Positions 1-7,698 are shown, counted from the first letter of the stretch. The stretch: 20,936 nt of DNA from Candidatus Thorarchaeota archaeon (GCA_048884785.1 JBHLQM010000038.1:1-20936); one strand, 5' to 3'. Notes: generated by a model not told the origin, from the sequence alone. A program made the numbers and translations.

Positions 1-11
1 CGGCGGCGCCA
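1..11 (+). tRNA. 3' end of a tRNA truncated by the window edge (acceptor 3' strand CGGCGGC + discriminator G + CCA), most consistent with archaeal tRNA-Asn
   Basis: The window opens with cggcggc-g-cca followed by ttt. A GCCGCCG/CGGCGGC acceptor stem with G73 matches archaeal tRNA-Asn as I recall it. Only 11 nt are visible and there is no anticodon. Confidence 0.6.
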
Positions 12-74
12 TTTACTGTAGTCGATTGCCTGCCTGTGAATTATCTCGGTAAAATCTTGCGTTGAATATTTCTC

Positions 75-82
75 TTATATAT
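75..82 (+). promoter_or_regulatory. Putative TATA box (TTATATAT) upstream of the LVIVD gene
   Basis: Matches the archaeal TTWWAW consensus about 55 nt upstream of ATG 137. Motif match only. Confidence 0.35.
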
Positions 83-136
83 CAACTTCTCACTCCTAGC
101 AAGTTATTCATTTAGTCGGAGCATTGAGAGATTGGA

Positions 137-1204
137 ATGAATTCAAAAAATAGAATCGGGCTTGCGTGTCTTCTTTTCTTGGTGTGTGTAAGTTCCAATG
201 CCTCAAGAGTAGATGCAAATCAACTCGCTCAATCCAATGGTCCGGGCTATGATGTTGCTATCAATGAAAGTCATGCTTTTGTGACAAACAATGATGGCGT
301 GGCTGTCTATGACATTCAGAACCCATCAGAACCAGATAGACTTGGACAGATTGTTTTAGGAGGTGAAGCCCGTGGCATAGAGGTAATAGGTGACATCCTA
401 TATACCGCCGGGCTTTCGCGCGGTTTGATTATTGCGGATATTAGTGAAAACCCAGTTAATCCTATAATATTGACAGAGTACACCCTCAGTGATTATGTCA
501 GTGAAGTCTGCATTTATGGGGATTATGCATACCTCTCATCTGGTTTTGGGGAGTTTCAAATACTGGATATTAGTAATCCCAGCACCCCTATTGGCTTGGG
601 GCACCTTTCAATCTCCGAATTGACTCTTGGAATTGCGGTCAGTGGTAGCACAGTCTATATCGCACAACCCAACAGTGGAATGAGGCTTATCGATGTTAGT
701 GATTTGAATTCACCATACACTTTCTCATTGGTCAGTGGTACATCAGGGGCTCGTGAATTGTATGTTCAAGGAGATTTGCTGTATGTAGCTCGTGGCACCT
801 CTGGAGTGAGCATCTTTGATATCTCAGATTCTTCTAATCCCTTGCCTCTCGGACAATACAATGACGGAGGAAATTCATTCGGGGTCCATGGTGATAGTCA
901 ATATCTGCTAATCGCTGATCTTGAGCAAGGTGTGGAGCTGCTGGATATCAGTGATCCAGAGACTCCTGTTGAAGTTGCGCAATATGATGACGCGGCTCCA
1001 CATAATCTCATTTACAACAACGGCTATGCATATCTTGCAGATCAAGACGATGAATTCCAAATTATCTACTTTGGATCATCATTTTCTACCACAGCTACAG
1101 GACAATCAGATAATTCATTACAAGTCATGTCTACAATCTTTCCAATTGCTGGAGTATGCGCAGTGGCTGTTTTTATCCTAATAGTTTTGAAAAGACGAAG
1201 TTGA
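137..1204 (+). CDS. Secreted, membrane-anchored LVIVD-repeat beta-propeller protein
   Basis: N-terminal basic plus hydrophobic signal (MNSKNRIGLACLLFLVC). Seven ~42-aa repeats, e.g. GLIIADISENP, FQILDISNPSTP, VSIFDISDSSNP, VELLDISDPETP. S/T-rich linker, C-terminal hydrophobic helix and KRRS tail. Confidence 0.85.
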   Translation: MNSKNRIGLACLLFLVCVSSNASRVDANQLAQSNGPGYDVAINESHAFVTNNDGVAVYDIQNPSEPDRLGQIVLGGEARGIEVIGDILYTAGLSRGLIIADISENPVNPIILTEYTLSDYVSEVCIYGDYAYLSSGFGEFQILDISNPSTPIGLGHLSISELTLGIAVSGSTVYIAQPNSGMRLIDVSDLNSPYTFSLVSGTSGARELYVQGDLLYVARGTSGVSIFDISDSSNPLPLGQYNDGGNSFGVHGDSQYLLIADLEQGVELLDISDPETPVEVAQYDDAAPHNLIYNNGYAYLADQDDEFQIIYFGSSFSTTATGQSDNSLQVMSTIFPIAGVCAVAVFILIVLKRRS

Positions 1205-1208
1205 AGCT

Positions 1209-1244
1209 GTTTTTTATGATAACGTCCAATGTAGTCATGACGTT
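1209..1244 (+). terminator. T-tract followed by a short inverted repeat (AACGTC...GACGTT) after the LVIVD stop
   Basis: gtttttt lies just after TGA 1204. A 6-bp perfect inverted repeat sits at 1221-1226 / 1239-1244. Confidence 0.35.
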
Positions 1245-1272
1245 GGTTTGCCACATATTCCACAGAATCTCT

Positions 1273-1317
1273 GCCCTATGCCAAGCGGTTCTCCGTATCC
1301 GACTGAGCCACGGCGGC
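1273..1317 (-). tRNA. tRNA 5' fragment (acceptor 5' strand + D-arm) with an apparent 19-nt D-loop intron; split-tRNA half or pseudogene
   Basis: The minus strand reads GCCGCCG-TG-GCTC-AGTCGGAT-[ACGGAGAACCGCTTGGCAT]-A-GGGC. Removing the bracket gives a normal D-arm, GCTC AGTCGGATA GGGC. No anticodon arm, T-loop or acceptor 3' strand follows on this strand. Confidence 0.55.
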
Positions 1318-1342
1318 TTCTCGGTCTGACGCTTTTAGTAGC

Positions 1343-1350
1343 AATATTAA
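1343..1350 (-). promoter_or_regulatory. Putative TATA box (TTAATATT) for the tRNA 5' fragment
   Basis: AT-only octamer ending about 25 nt upstream of the predicted mature 5' G at 1317, a spacing compatible with an archaeal tRNA promoter. Confidence 0.35.
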
Positions 1351-1411
1351 CGTTGCTGTTTGGTTCTGAATGGTGCTGTATTAGGCTGTTTACATGATTT
1401 CTTTTTGCAGT

Positions 1412-2086
1412 TCATACAGTATAAGATCGGCGAATGGGATTCACTTTGACTCTGTCGTTTCTATTATGGGCTGATGCTGCCTCTCTTTGCTTCTGGATTT
1501 CGAGTGTCTTCTCTTTCAGGATTCCGTCCATTGTAGTATCAAGTTCATCCTTAGGTACAGACAATCGAATCGTATCATCAAATGATGTGATAGCGTCGCA
1601 TGGTATGATGATGTCCACATCATTCTTCAAGCCAATAGATTCCAGTTTCTCTTCGAAGAAGCCGCCTCCGGCAATAAGTGATGCGCACCCGTCAGTCCCG
1701 ATGTCGACATCAATCGCGTGACCCACTTTGACCCCATTCATATCCATGATGTCAAGTCTTTCCAAATCTGAAAACCTGAGTTCATCGTCAGGTATGGTGG
1801 TCTTATCTTCTAAGGATGGAAAGTCTTCCGCCGCTACAGTGAGATGTATGTGTTTGTCTATCTTGCCAATTATTGATGAAGCAAACACCCTATGTTGATT
1901 GTCTTTGATGTGGAGAGATTCAAGAAACTTCGTCCATACAGGTCCTTCTATTGTGAAACGGGAGATTTTGAGCATTTTATTGAAGGTGAACGATACTTCA
2001 CCAACATGTCCTATTTTCTTGCCCTTTGAATCAAGTACATCCATATTCATAATTTCGTTACAGCAAAAAGATCTGACCAATTTCAT
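1412..2086 (-). CDS. Tandem (two-domain) PRC-barrel protein
   Basis: Two PRC-barrel signature segments, MDVLDSKGKKIGHVGEV and LDIMDMNGVKVGHAIDVDI, the second followed by IIIPCDAITSFDDTIRL. A GGTGA ribosome-binding motif precedes ATG 2086. Confidence 0.8.
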   Translation of the reverse strand: MKLVRSFCCNEIMNMDVLDSKGKKIGHVGEVSFTFNKMLKISRFTIEGPVWTKFLESLHIKDNQHRVFASSIIGKIDKHIHLTVAAEDFPSLEDKTTIPDDELRFSDLERLDIMDMNGVKVGHAIDVDIGTDGCASLIAGGGFFEEKLESIGLKNDVDIIIPCDAITSFDDTIRLSVPKDELDTTMDGILKEKTLEIQKQREAASAHNRNDRVKVNPIRRSYTV

Positions 2087-2252
2087 AGAATCACCAAAAA
2101 CTATAGTTAATTAGGTTATTGTATAGCTCAAAGAGATATATGACTGTTGGTATAGCGAAGTTACTTCATTTCTCTCAGACTGTCGCAGTCTTTCACACAT
2201 GATAGCTGGAGCTCTAAACTGGTACTATTCCAAGCGCATCTTATTACTGGCT

Positions 2253-2624
2253 CTAGTCACCTGTTGGTGTTACTGTTGCAGAAGCGATCATAAGTATTGC
2301 AGTCCTTTTTGGAGCTCTTGTCCGATGTCTAACACCCTTAGGGATTGTGAATCCCTGTTTCGGTGTCAAGTCGATTGTTCTACCCTCTAGGTCAATGAGA
2401 AGATTTCCATCAATTACGTAGAAGAACTCGTCTTCATTATCGTGCTTATGCCAGTGGAATTCACCCTCAATCACTCCTAGACGCACAACACTATCGTTTA
2501 CTGTAACAAGTGTGCGGTTTTGCCATTTCTCATCACATTTTTGGATGATGCCATCGATGTCTATGATTTCAAGGTGTGAAAACTCTACATCAGTACTTAT
2601 TGAGTAACGCGAATCAAAGTCCAT
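2253..2624 (-). CDS. Cupin-domain protein
   Basis: Cupin motif 1 GEFHWHKHDNEDEFFYVIDG and motif 2 FTIPKGVRH. Confidence 0.85.
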   Translation of the reverse strand: MDFDSRYSISTDVEFSHLEIIDIDGIIQKCDEKWQNRTLVTVNDSVVRLGVIEGEFHWHKHDNEDEFFYVIDGNLLIDLEGRTIDLTPKQGFTIPKGVRHRTRAPKRTAILMIASATVTPTGD

Positions 2625-2675
2625 TGCAAATATCCTCTGGCAAGTATCTTCTACATTATGTCATTCAGAAGTATG

Positions 2676-2957
2676 TTATTGCTTTACCTCTTTGCGAGTG
2701 AGTTTGTAGACCACGGGATGGTCAATATCAGAACATGCGAGTGTGACACTGTTCCCCTCATCTTCAAAGAAACTGAATCTACCACCAGACAGGAGAACCA
2801 ATATCCAAGGATAGAGTATGTGGAAGGAACTCGGGCAGAGTTTTCCTCTTTCCTCTGGATAGTTATATGACGCCCCAATCTTTTGTCCAATTGAGCACTT
2901 GCCTGTGCCTTTGATGTCTATCACTTCGATTGTAATCGTAAAAGCCATTCCTTGCAC
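2676..2957 (-). CDS. TIGR04076-family small Cys-containing protein
   Basis: Pattern I-E-V...GKC..G.KIG...LCP.SF..LYP....L..GG...CSD...PVVYKL is typical of the family. The true start may be ATG 2948. Confidence 0.7.
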   Translation of the reverse strand: MQGMAFTITIEVIDIKGTGKCSIGQKIGASYNYPEERGKLCPSSFHILYPWILVLLSGGRFSFFEDEGNSVTLACSDIDHPVVYKLTRKEVKQ

Positions 2958-3090
2958 CGTCTATCAAGAAGAGCATTTCTACTTGAAAATAAACCGGCCT
3001 CAGCAACAACTCATTACAAGCAAGCTATTTTGAAAAGGACACTCTCTCGGATATTGGAGGGACCAAATACAAAGGAGTCTAGGTGTAACC

Positions 3091-3639
3091 ATGAACTCGC
3101 AGGATGCCGGAGAAGAATCATTTGCCATCTGGTGTCCATTGATACCCTTTAGTAAACTCAAGAATATGACGCAGTACGTTGTTGAGCTTGAGAGAGTCAA
3201 TGAGCGCTACGATGACTGGAGAGCATCGATGCGCTCCAAAAAGATTGTAGGAGTGCATGTTGGAGTTCTTCTGGACAGAATTAGGATTCTACTAATGGGT
3301 ATCGGAATTGCCTGTGCATCGAATCGCTCTCTTGCAGATACTGTACAGAGTATCATAGTGGATTGTCTGAGAAAGAGTTGCCTTGAGGCGCTGGATAGAT
3401 TGGGGGGTGGAAAGCCGCCTAATGTAACAAAATCGATACGCAAGTTTTTCGAATTGTTGCGTTTCACACGCGACATCTATCCAGAAGAAGAGGCGGAGAA
3501 AGCGAGTATGGCTGCTGGAATCAATGCTTCACAGTCGGAACAGGAGATGATACTGGATGTATCAGCTACCATCTTAAAGGCAATCTACATCCGGCTTCTC
3601 AGCCCCGATCCTTGGCAGTTCATTGATGATTCTGATTGA
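3091..3639 (+). CDS. Hypothetical protein, predicted alpha-helical
   Basis: 182-aa ORF filling the gap between flanking genes, with an AGGTG RBS-like motif upstream. No motif recognised. Confidence 0.65.
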   Translation: MNSQDAGEESFAIWCPLIPFSKLKNMTQYVVELERVNERYDDWRASMRSKKIVGVHVGVLLDRIRILLMGIGIACASNRSLADTVQSIIVDCLRKSCLEALDRLGGGKPPNVTKSIRKFFELLRFTRDIYPEEEAEKASMAAGINASQSEQEMILDVSATILKAIYIRLLSPDPWQFIDDSD

Positions 3640-3640
3640 C

Positions 3641-4219
3641 TCATTCTTGGAAGCGTTTCACAACCTGACCATCTAGCAGGAAATGTGCTTCCGTCACCTT
3701 GGATATTTCCCAGTCCGTCTTGTGAAGTAGAACTGCCATGTTGATTCCTGAAACATTTAGCTCAATGAAGCTTGCACTGGTCCTACCACCCCAGCCACCA
3801 GTTGCTCCCGAAATGGTTCCGGGGTTCAGGAATAGCTTGTTCTGATACAAGTCGACCGCTGTTTCATGGGTATGACCATGAACTGCTACCTGAGCTCCGA
3901 TATTATTTGCAACTTCCCATAGTTGCTTGATATTACCACGGGGTTTCAGCTGTGTACCATGTAGCAGAAGCACATTGAACGATTCGATTTGAACCTGCTC
4001 ATGGAAATTATGTGCGCTTGTCGAGTAGTCCATATTTCCACGTACAATGAATGCTCTTGGTAATGGAGGAAGAGCATTTCGCATCTCGTGTTCTTGGACA
4101 AGATCACCTGTGATTAGCGCCAAATCGTAAATCGTGTTTTCAATGTGTTTATAGAAATACTCAGGTATTGCATCTCGCCTCGATGGAATATGTGTATCCC
4201 CAAATACCAGAACTCTCAT
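3641..4219 (-). CDS. YfcE/MJ0936/Vps29-family metallophosphoesterase
   Basis: Calcineurin-like motifs GDTH, TGDL, RGNMD, LLHG, GHTH and NPG. Confidence 0.88.
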   Translation of the reverse strand: MRVLVFGDTHIPSRRDAIPEYFYKHIENTIYDLALITGDLVQEHEMRNALPPLPRAFIVRGNMDYSTSAHNFHEQVQIESFNVLLLHGTQLKPRGNIKQLWEVANNIGAQVAVHGHTHETAVDLYQNKLFLNPGTISGATGGWGGRTSASFIELNVSGINMAVLLHKTDWEISKVTEAHFLLDGQVVKRFQE

Positions 4220-4240
4220 TGGTAGGCATCCTCACTCGAA

Positions 4241-6430
4241 TCAGGAGGCCCTCTCTTTACTCAGATTTTGAAGAATCTTATCGTAGACTTCTTTTTTCTT
4301 CCCTCGGGCCAGTTTCGCCAATCTTTCAACAATGAGTTCGGGCGTGCTTCTTGCAAGAACACCGAACTTTGGAGTTCTGTCGACTATGAGCTCAAGATTC
4401 TCATCAAGGCCTCTTGCCTCTATCCCATCAATTCGCACTGGGATGTCAGTTACTTCCTTAATCTCCTTGGCCAGATGACTACAGATCACTGTACAGCTGT
4501 TCGTATCGCGCTGGAGTATTTCAATTAGGCCTGCAATAACATTCGCTGCACTGCCGGGCTCTGTTATTGCCTCCACTTCATCAAACAGTGTTAGTTTAGC
4601 CTTATCTGAGATGACGATATCAGCAAATTGCTTGAGTGTTGTTTCGAATGCTCCTGCACTCACCATGCCACGACTCTTGTAAAAGAAGTATATCTCTTCA
4701 AATGCCCTGAGATAAGATTCCTCGGCAGGAACGGGAAATCCAGCCTGTGCGAGAGTGGCTATTTGTGCCATGGTCTGAATAGTAGTAGTCTTGCCTCCGC
4801 TATTTGCACCAGATAAGATAGCACAGTTTTCGCCGGAAGTTCCATTGGGTTTGATTGGTGTCCCACCAATCGCATATTCTATGGGTTGTACCTTTCCGTG
4901 TCTGCCTTTGAGCATACTCTCGACCAAGAAGATATTCCGTGCGCCTCTCACACCAATTCCATGATGATCTAGAGAGATATTGGGTGTCTTCAAGTCATAA
5001 TCAACAGAAAAGAGACCTACTGAGAGAAAGAGATCAAATTCCAGGAGAGTCTGTACGGCGACGCTGACTGCATCGCGAAGTTTCTCTAGGTCTCCGGCAA
5101 ATTTTTTGATTAGCTTAAATTGGCGGTCTGCAAACTTGCGCCGTAGTTTATCTTCGAGGTCATTTACCTGTGTCAAGACAAGTTTCACAGGTAATGCAAT
5201 TTCCTCACTCACGATTCCCGTAGCCCAGTCAGCTTCTCTGGCAGACAGACCTAGTTGCTGTACAAGCTTGTCTTCTGCCTCTTGTATTGAATTTGTGAAT
5301 GTTTCAATGATTTCTGCAGGGAGCATATTCCTCATGGTGCTCATCTCAGCACCTTCCAAGTCGGCAGATTGAAGTATGTTGATAATCTGTTGACCACCGA
5401 GTGTGATTTTGCTCTTCACAATCCTGCTGGTTATTTCATCATTAAGCCAGGCCTCGGACTCTGCGATTGCCGTGGGATATACCTTCACTGCTTTCCTGAA
5501 CCTGTCTAATTCTGAGTCAACACCTCCAGCAATATCGCCATCTTCATTGAGATTCTCTATGATCGTTTTTACCTTTGACAGCTGTTCAAAGTCAAGATCT
5601 TTGGCAAATCTATCCATGGATTCGTTGGTTGGTAGGCTTTTGAAGTCCTCAGTCAGTTTACAAGCTGCATCAATTACGCGGTAGTTTCGAGAGTAGAATC
5701 CGATAGTCTGCTCAGGAAGAACATCAGCAATCGACCAGTCTTTTCCCAGAATCTCCACATTATCCAACATATCTACAGATTCATCATATACGCCAAATGG
5801 GGAGATGTAGAATACTAAATCATATCCTTGTGCATAGTCAGCTGCATTCTCGCCTTCAGATATGACATAGACGGGGCACCAACGATCGACGCCCTCTCTT
5901 ACCAACGTGTCGAAGACCTTCTCATCATTGGTAATAATCACTCTTCCCTCGATTCGTCTTGGTTTTAGTTTGCGATAAAGTCCTCGAATCTGGGTTAGAT
6001 TGTTCCGTAATGTAGTCCGTTGATTCTCTGATAGTGCCTGAGCCATCTTCAGTGCATCTGCAAAATATGCCTGACGCTTGTGGATTTCATCTAACCGTTC
6101 GGGAGGTAGAGGAAAGTAGAGAAAGAGCTTGTGTTTAGCATACCCGGTATTGGCGTAGCTCCGGATGATATCAAGGACCTGCTCGAAAATCTTTCGGAGG
6201 TCAGTGCTTCTCAAGACCATGTTCGAGCTCACGCCAAACTGAATCTCATATGCCGCCTTCACCAAGTTGACTGCTTGTCTGTCACCAATTCCAGGAACTG
6301 CCGCCACTAAATCTACACGAGAGTCCAATATCACCTTCAAAGCGACAGATTCGCTACCAAAGTGATCGACCAGTGCCTTTCGAATCTTTTCTCCAACGCC
6401 TGGAATATCGGATATGTTCTCAATGCTCAA
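4241..6430 (-). CDS. Archaeal MutS-family (MutS5/MutS2-like) ATPase with N-terminal helix-hairpin-helix motifs
   Basis: HhH motifs IPGVGEK and VPGIGDR. The MutS domain V carries Walker A GANSGGKTT, AQAGFPVPA, SAGAFE, Walker B LFDEVEAITE and SHL. TTG start with AGGAG upstream. No mismatch-binding or Smr domain is apparent. Confidence 0.85.
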   Translation of the reverse strand: MSIENISDIPGVGEKIRKALVDHFGSESVALKVILDSRVDLVAAVPGIGDRQAVNLVKAAYEIQFGVSSNMVLRSTDLRKIFEQVLDIIRSYANTGYAKHKLFLYFPLPPERLDEIHKRQAYFADALKMAQALSENQRTTLRNNLTQIRGLYRKLKPRRIEGRVIITNDEKVFDTLVREGVDRWCPVYVISEGENAADYAQGYDLVFYISPFGVYDESVDMLDNVEILGKDWSIADVLPEQTIGFYSRNYRVIDAACKLTEDFKSLPTNESMDRFAKDLDFEQLSKVKTIIENLNEDGDIAGGVDSELDRFRKAVKVYPTAIAESEAWLNDEITSRIVKSKITLGGQQIINILQSADLEGAEMSTMRNMLPAEIIETFTNSIQEAEDKLVQQLGLSAREADWATGIVSEEIALPVKLVLTQVNDLEDKLRRKFADRQFKLIKKFAGDLEKLRDAVSVAVQTLLEFDLFLSVGLFSVDYDLKTPNISLDHHGIGVRGARNIFLVESMLKGRHGKVQPIEYAIGGTPIKPNGTSGENCAILSGANSGGKTTTIQTMAQIATLAQAGFPVPAEESYLRAFEEIYFFYKSRGMVSAGAFETTLKQFADIVISDKAKLTLFDEVEAITEPGSAANVIAGLIEILQRDTNSCTVICSHLAKEIKEVTDIPVRIDGIEARGLDENLELIVDRTPKFGVLARSTPELIVERLAKLARGKKKEVYDKILQNLSKERAS

Positions 6431-6614
6431 TACATCTACTCCTGATTGGCACTTTGTAGTCTGCCGTCATTCGGTCCACCTAAAAGGTTTGACTCTCGGA
6501 CGATTTGAGGAATCACTGTTCCCTCGACTTGCTTTCTGGGACTCAAATCCCCTTGTAATCTTATCTAAACATAATCATTGAAAAACCCCCATGAAACTCG
6601 GAAAAGGCGCGAAA

Positions 6615-7601
6615 TCAGTATCCAAGTGCCATGTTCACGATATTCAGGGGCTGTTTTCCCTCTACAAACCGAAGTATGTTCTCTCCCACAAATCTAACCT
6701 GATCTCGCATAATATTCTCAGAGTATGCTGCTCGATGAGGGGATAGAATGACATTTTCCAGCTGGTGAAACGGAAATTTCTCAGAAGGCATTTTACCAGA
6801 GCCACCCCATACTTCAGGATAATCCCACCAGACATCGAGAGCTGCACCTGCAATCCCATTCCCTTTCAATGATTGATACAGCGCCGCTTCATCGATGATT
6901 TCGCCTCTTGATATATTCACTAGAAGAGAAGTAGGTTTCATCCAAGATAGGAATTCCTCATCAACTAGATTCATGGATTCTTCGGTAAGGGGAAGCGAGA
7001 GGATGATGAAATCAGCCATTTGTATGGTTTCCTTGGCCTCACCAATTCGTACAATGCTCTGTACAAAATGCGCATTTTGTGATTCGCCCGTCCTTGTGGC
7101 TGCTATGACTGTTATATCAAATGCACGAAGCCGCTTGGCAATTTCTGTGCCTATATTGCCCAAGCCAACTATCAAACAGGTCTTGTTTCTGAGCTCAGCG
7201 TTCGGGGAAGGACCACCCCAGGCAAGGCGCCAGTTCCCCATACGCATCTCTCTATCACACAGAATGATTTGCTTGGCCATTGCCAGTAGAAGCATGATTG
7301 CATACTCAGCGACCTCTGGAGCATTGACATGTGAGTTGCAGACAATCACATCGCCTCTTTCAAGTACAGCATTGCGGTCAATCTTGTCAATTCCAGCTCC
7401 GAAGCCCTGAATCATTCTCAGCGACTTGGCTGACCGAATGTACTCTTCTGGTACTCTACCTGATGCAACGACATCGGCATCACTTCCAACGGACAGCATT
7501 GACTCTATTGTTCTGTCTGACTGAAGAACCGTAGCTTTGCTACCAATGATTTCTCGGATGACATTGAGAATATCATCTGGATAGGGAACTAATACCTTCA
7601 C
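6615..7601 (-). CDS. D-isomer-specific 2-hydroxyacid dehydrogenase
   Basis: GAGID, VAEYA, Rossmann GLGNIG, LPLT, NISRG, GAALDVW and SPH motifs. GTG start. Confidence 0.9.
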   Translation of the reverse strand: MKVLVPYPDDILNVIREIIGSKATVLQSDRTIESMLSVGSDADVVASGRVPEEYIRSAKSLRMIQGFGAGIDKIDRNAVLERGDVIVCNSHVNAPEVAEYAIMLLLAMAKQIILCDREMRMGNWRLAWGGPSPNAELRNKTCLIVGLGNIGTEIAKRLRAFDITVIAATRTGESQNAHFVQSIVRIGEAKETIQMADFIILSLPLTEESMNLVDEEFLSWMKPTSLLVNISRGEIIDEAALYQSLKGNGIAGAALDVWWDYPEVWGGSGKMPSEKFPFHQLENVILSPHRAAYSENIMRDQVRFVGENILRFVEGKQPLNIVNMALGY

Positions 7602-7642
7602 TTTGGCAACGCTCCATGCAACAAAAATGTGTTGAATCCACT

Positions 7643-7691
7643 TAAGAAGAAAAGGGATAGGGTCAAGGAAGAGGACTTGCTTCCCCGACCC
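7643..7691 (-). terminator. 12-bp stem-loop plus pyrimidine/U-tract downstream of proS
   Basis: The minus strand reads GGGTCGGGGAAG-CAAGTCCT-CTTCCTTGACCC (10 Watson-Crick and 2 G-U pairs), followed by TATCCCTTTTCTTCTT, 7 nt after the proS stop. Confidence 0.6.
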
Positions 7692-7698
7692 AGTTGTA

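Noticed and set aside
1201-1317. A complete intron-containing tRNA on the minus strand (e.g. His, from CTGTGGA)
   Set aside because: No pairing anticodon stem, no TTCRA T-loop and no 3' acceptor strand follow the D-arm.
3641-6430. Mre11/Rad50 (SbcCD) or a phosphoesterase-ATPase defence system
   Set aside because: The ATPase is MutS-type rather than SMC-type, and the phosphoesterase is the short YfcE/Vps29 type.
7660-7691. SECIS element in the proS 3' UTR
   Set aside because: There is no in-frame UGA in proS or its neighbours, and the stem is continuous, without a SECIS-type internal loop.
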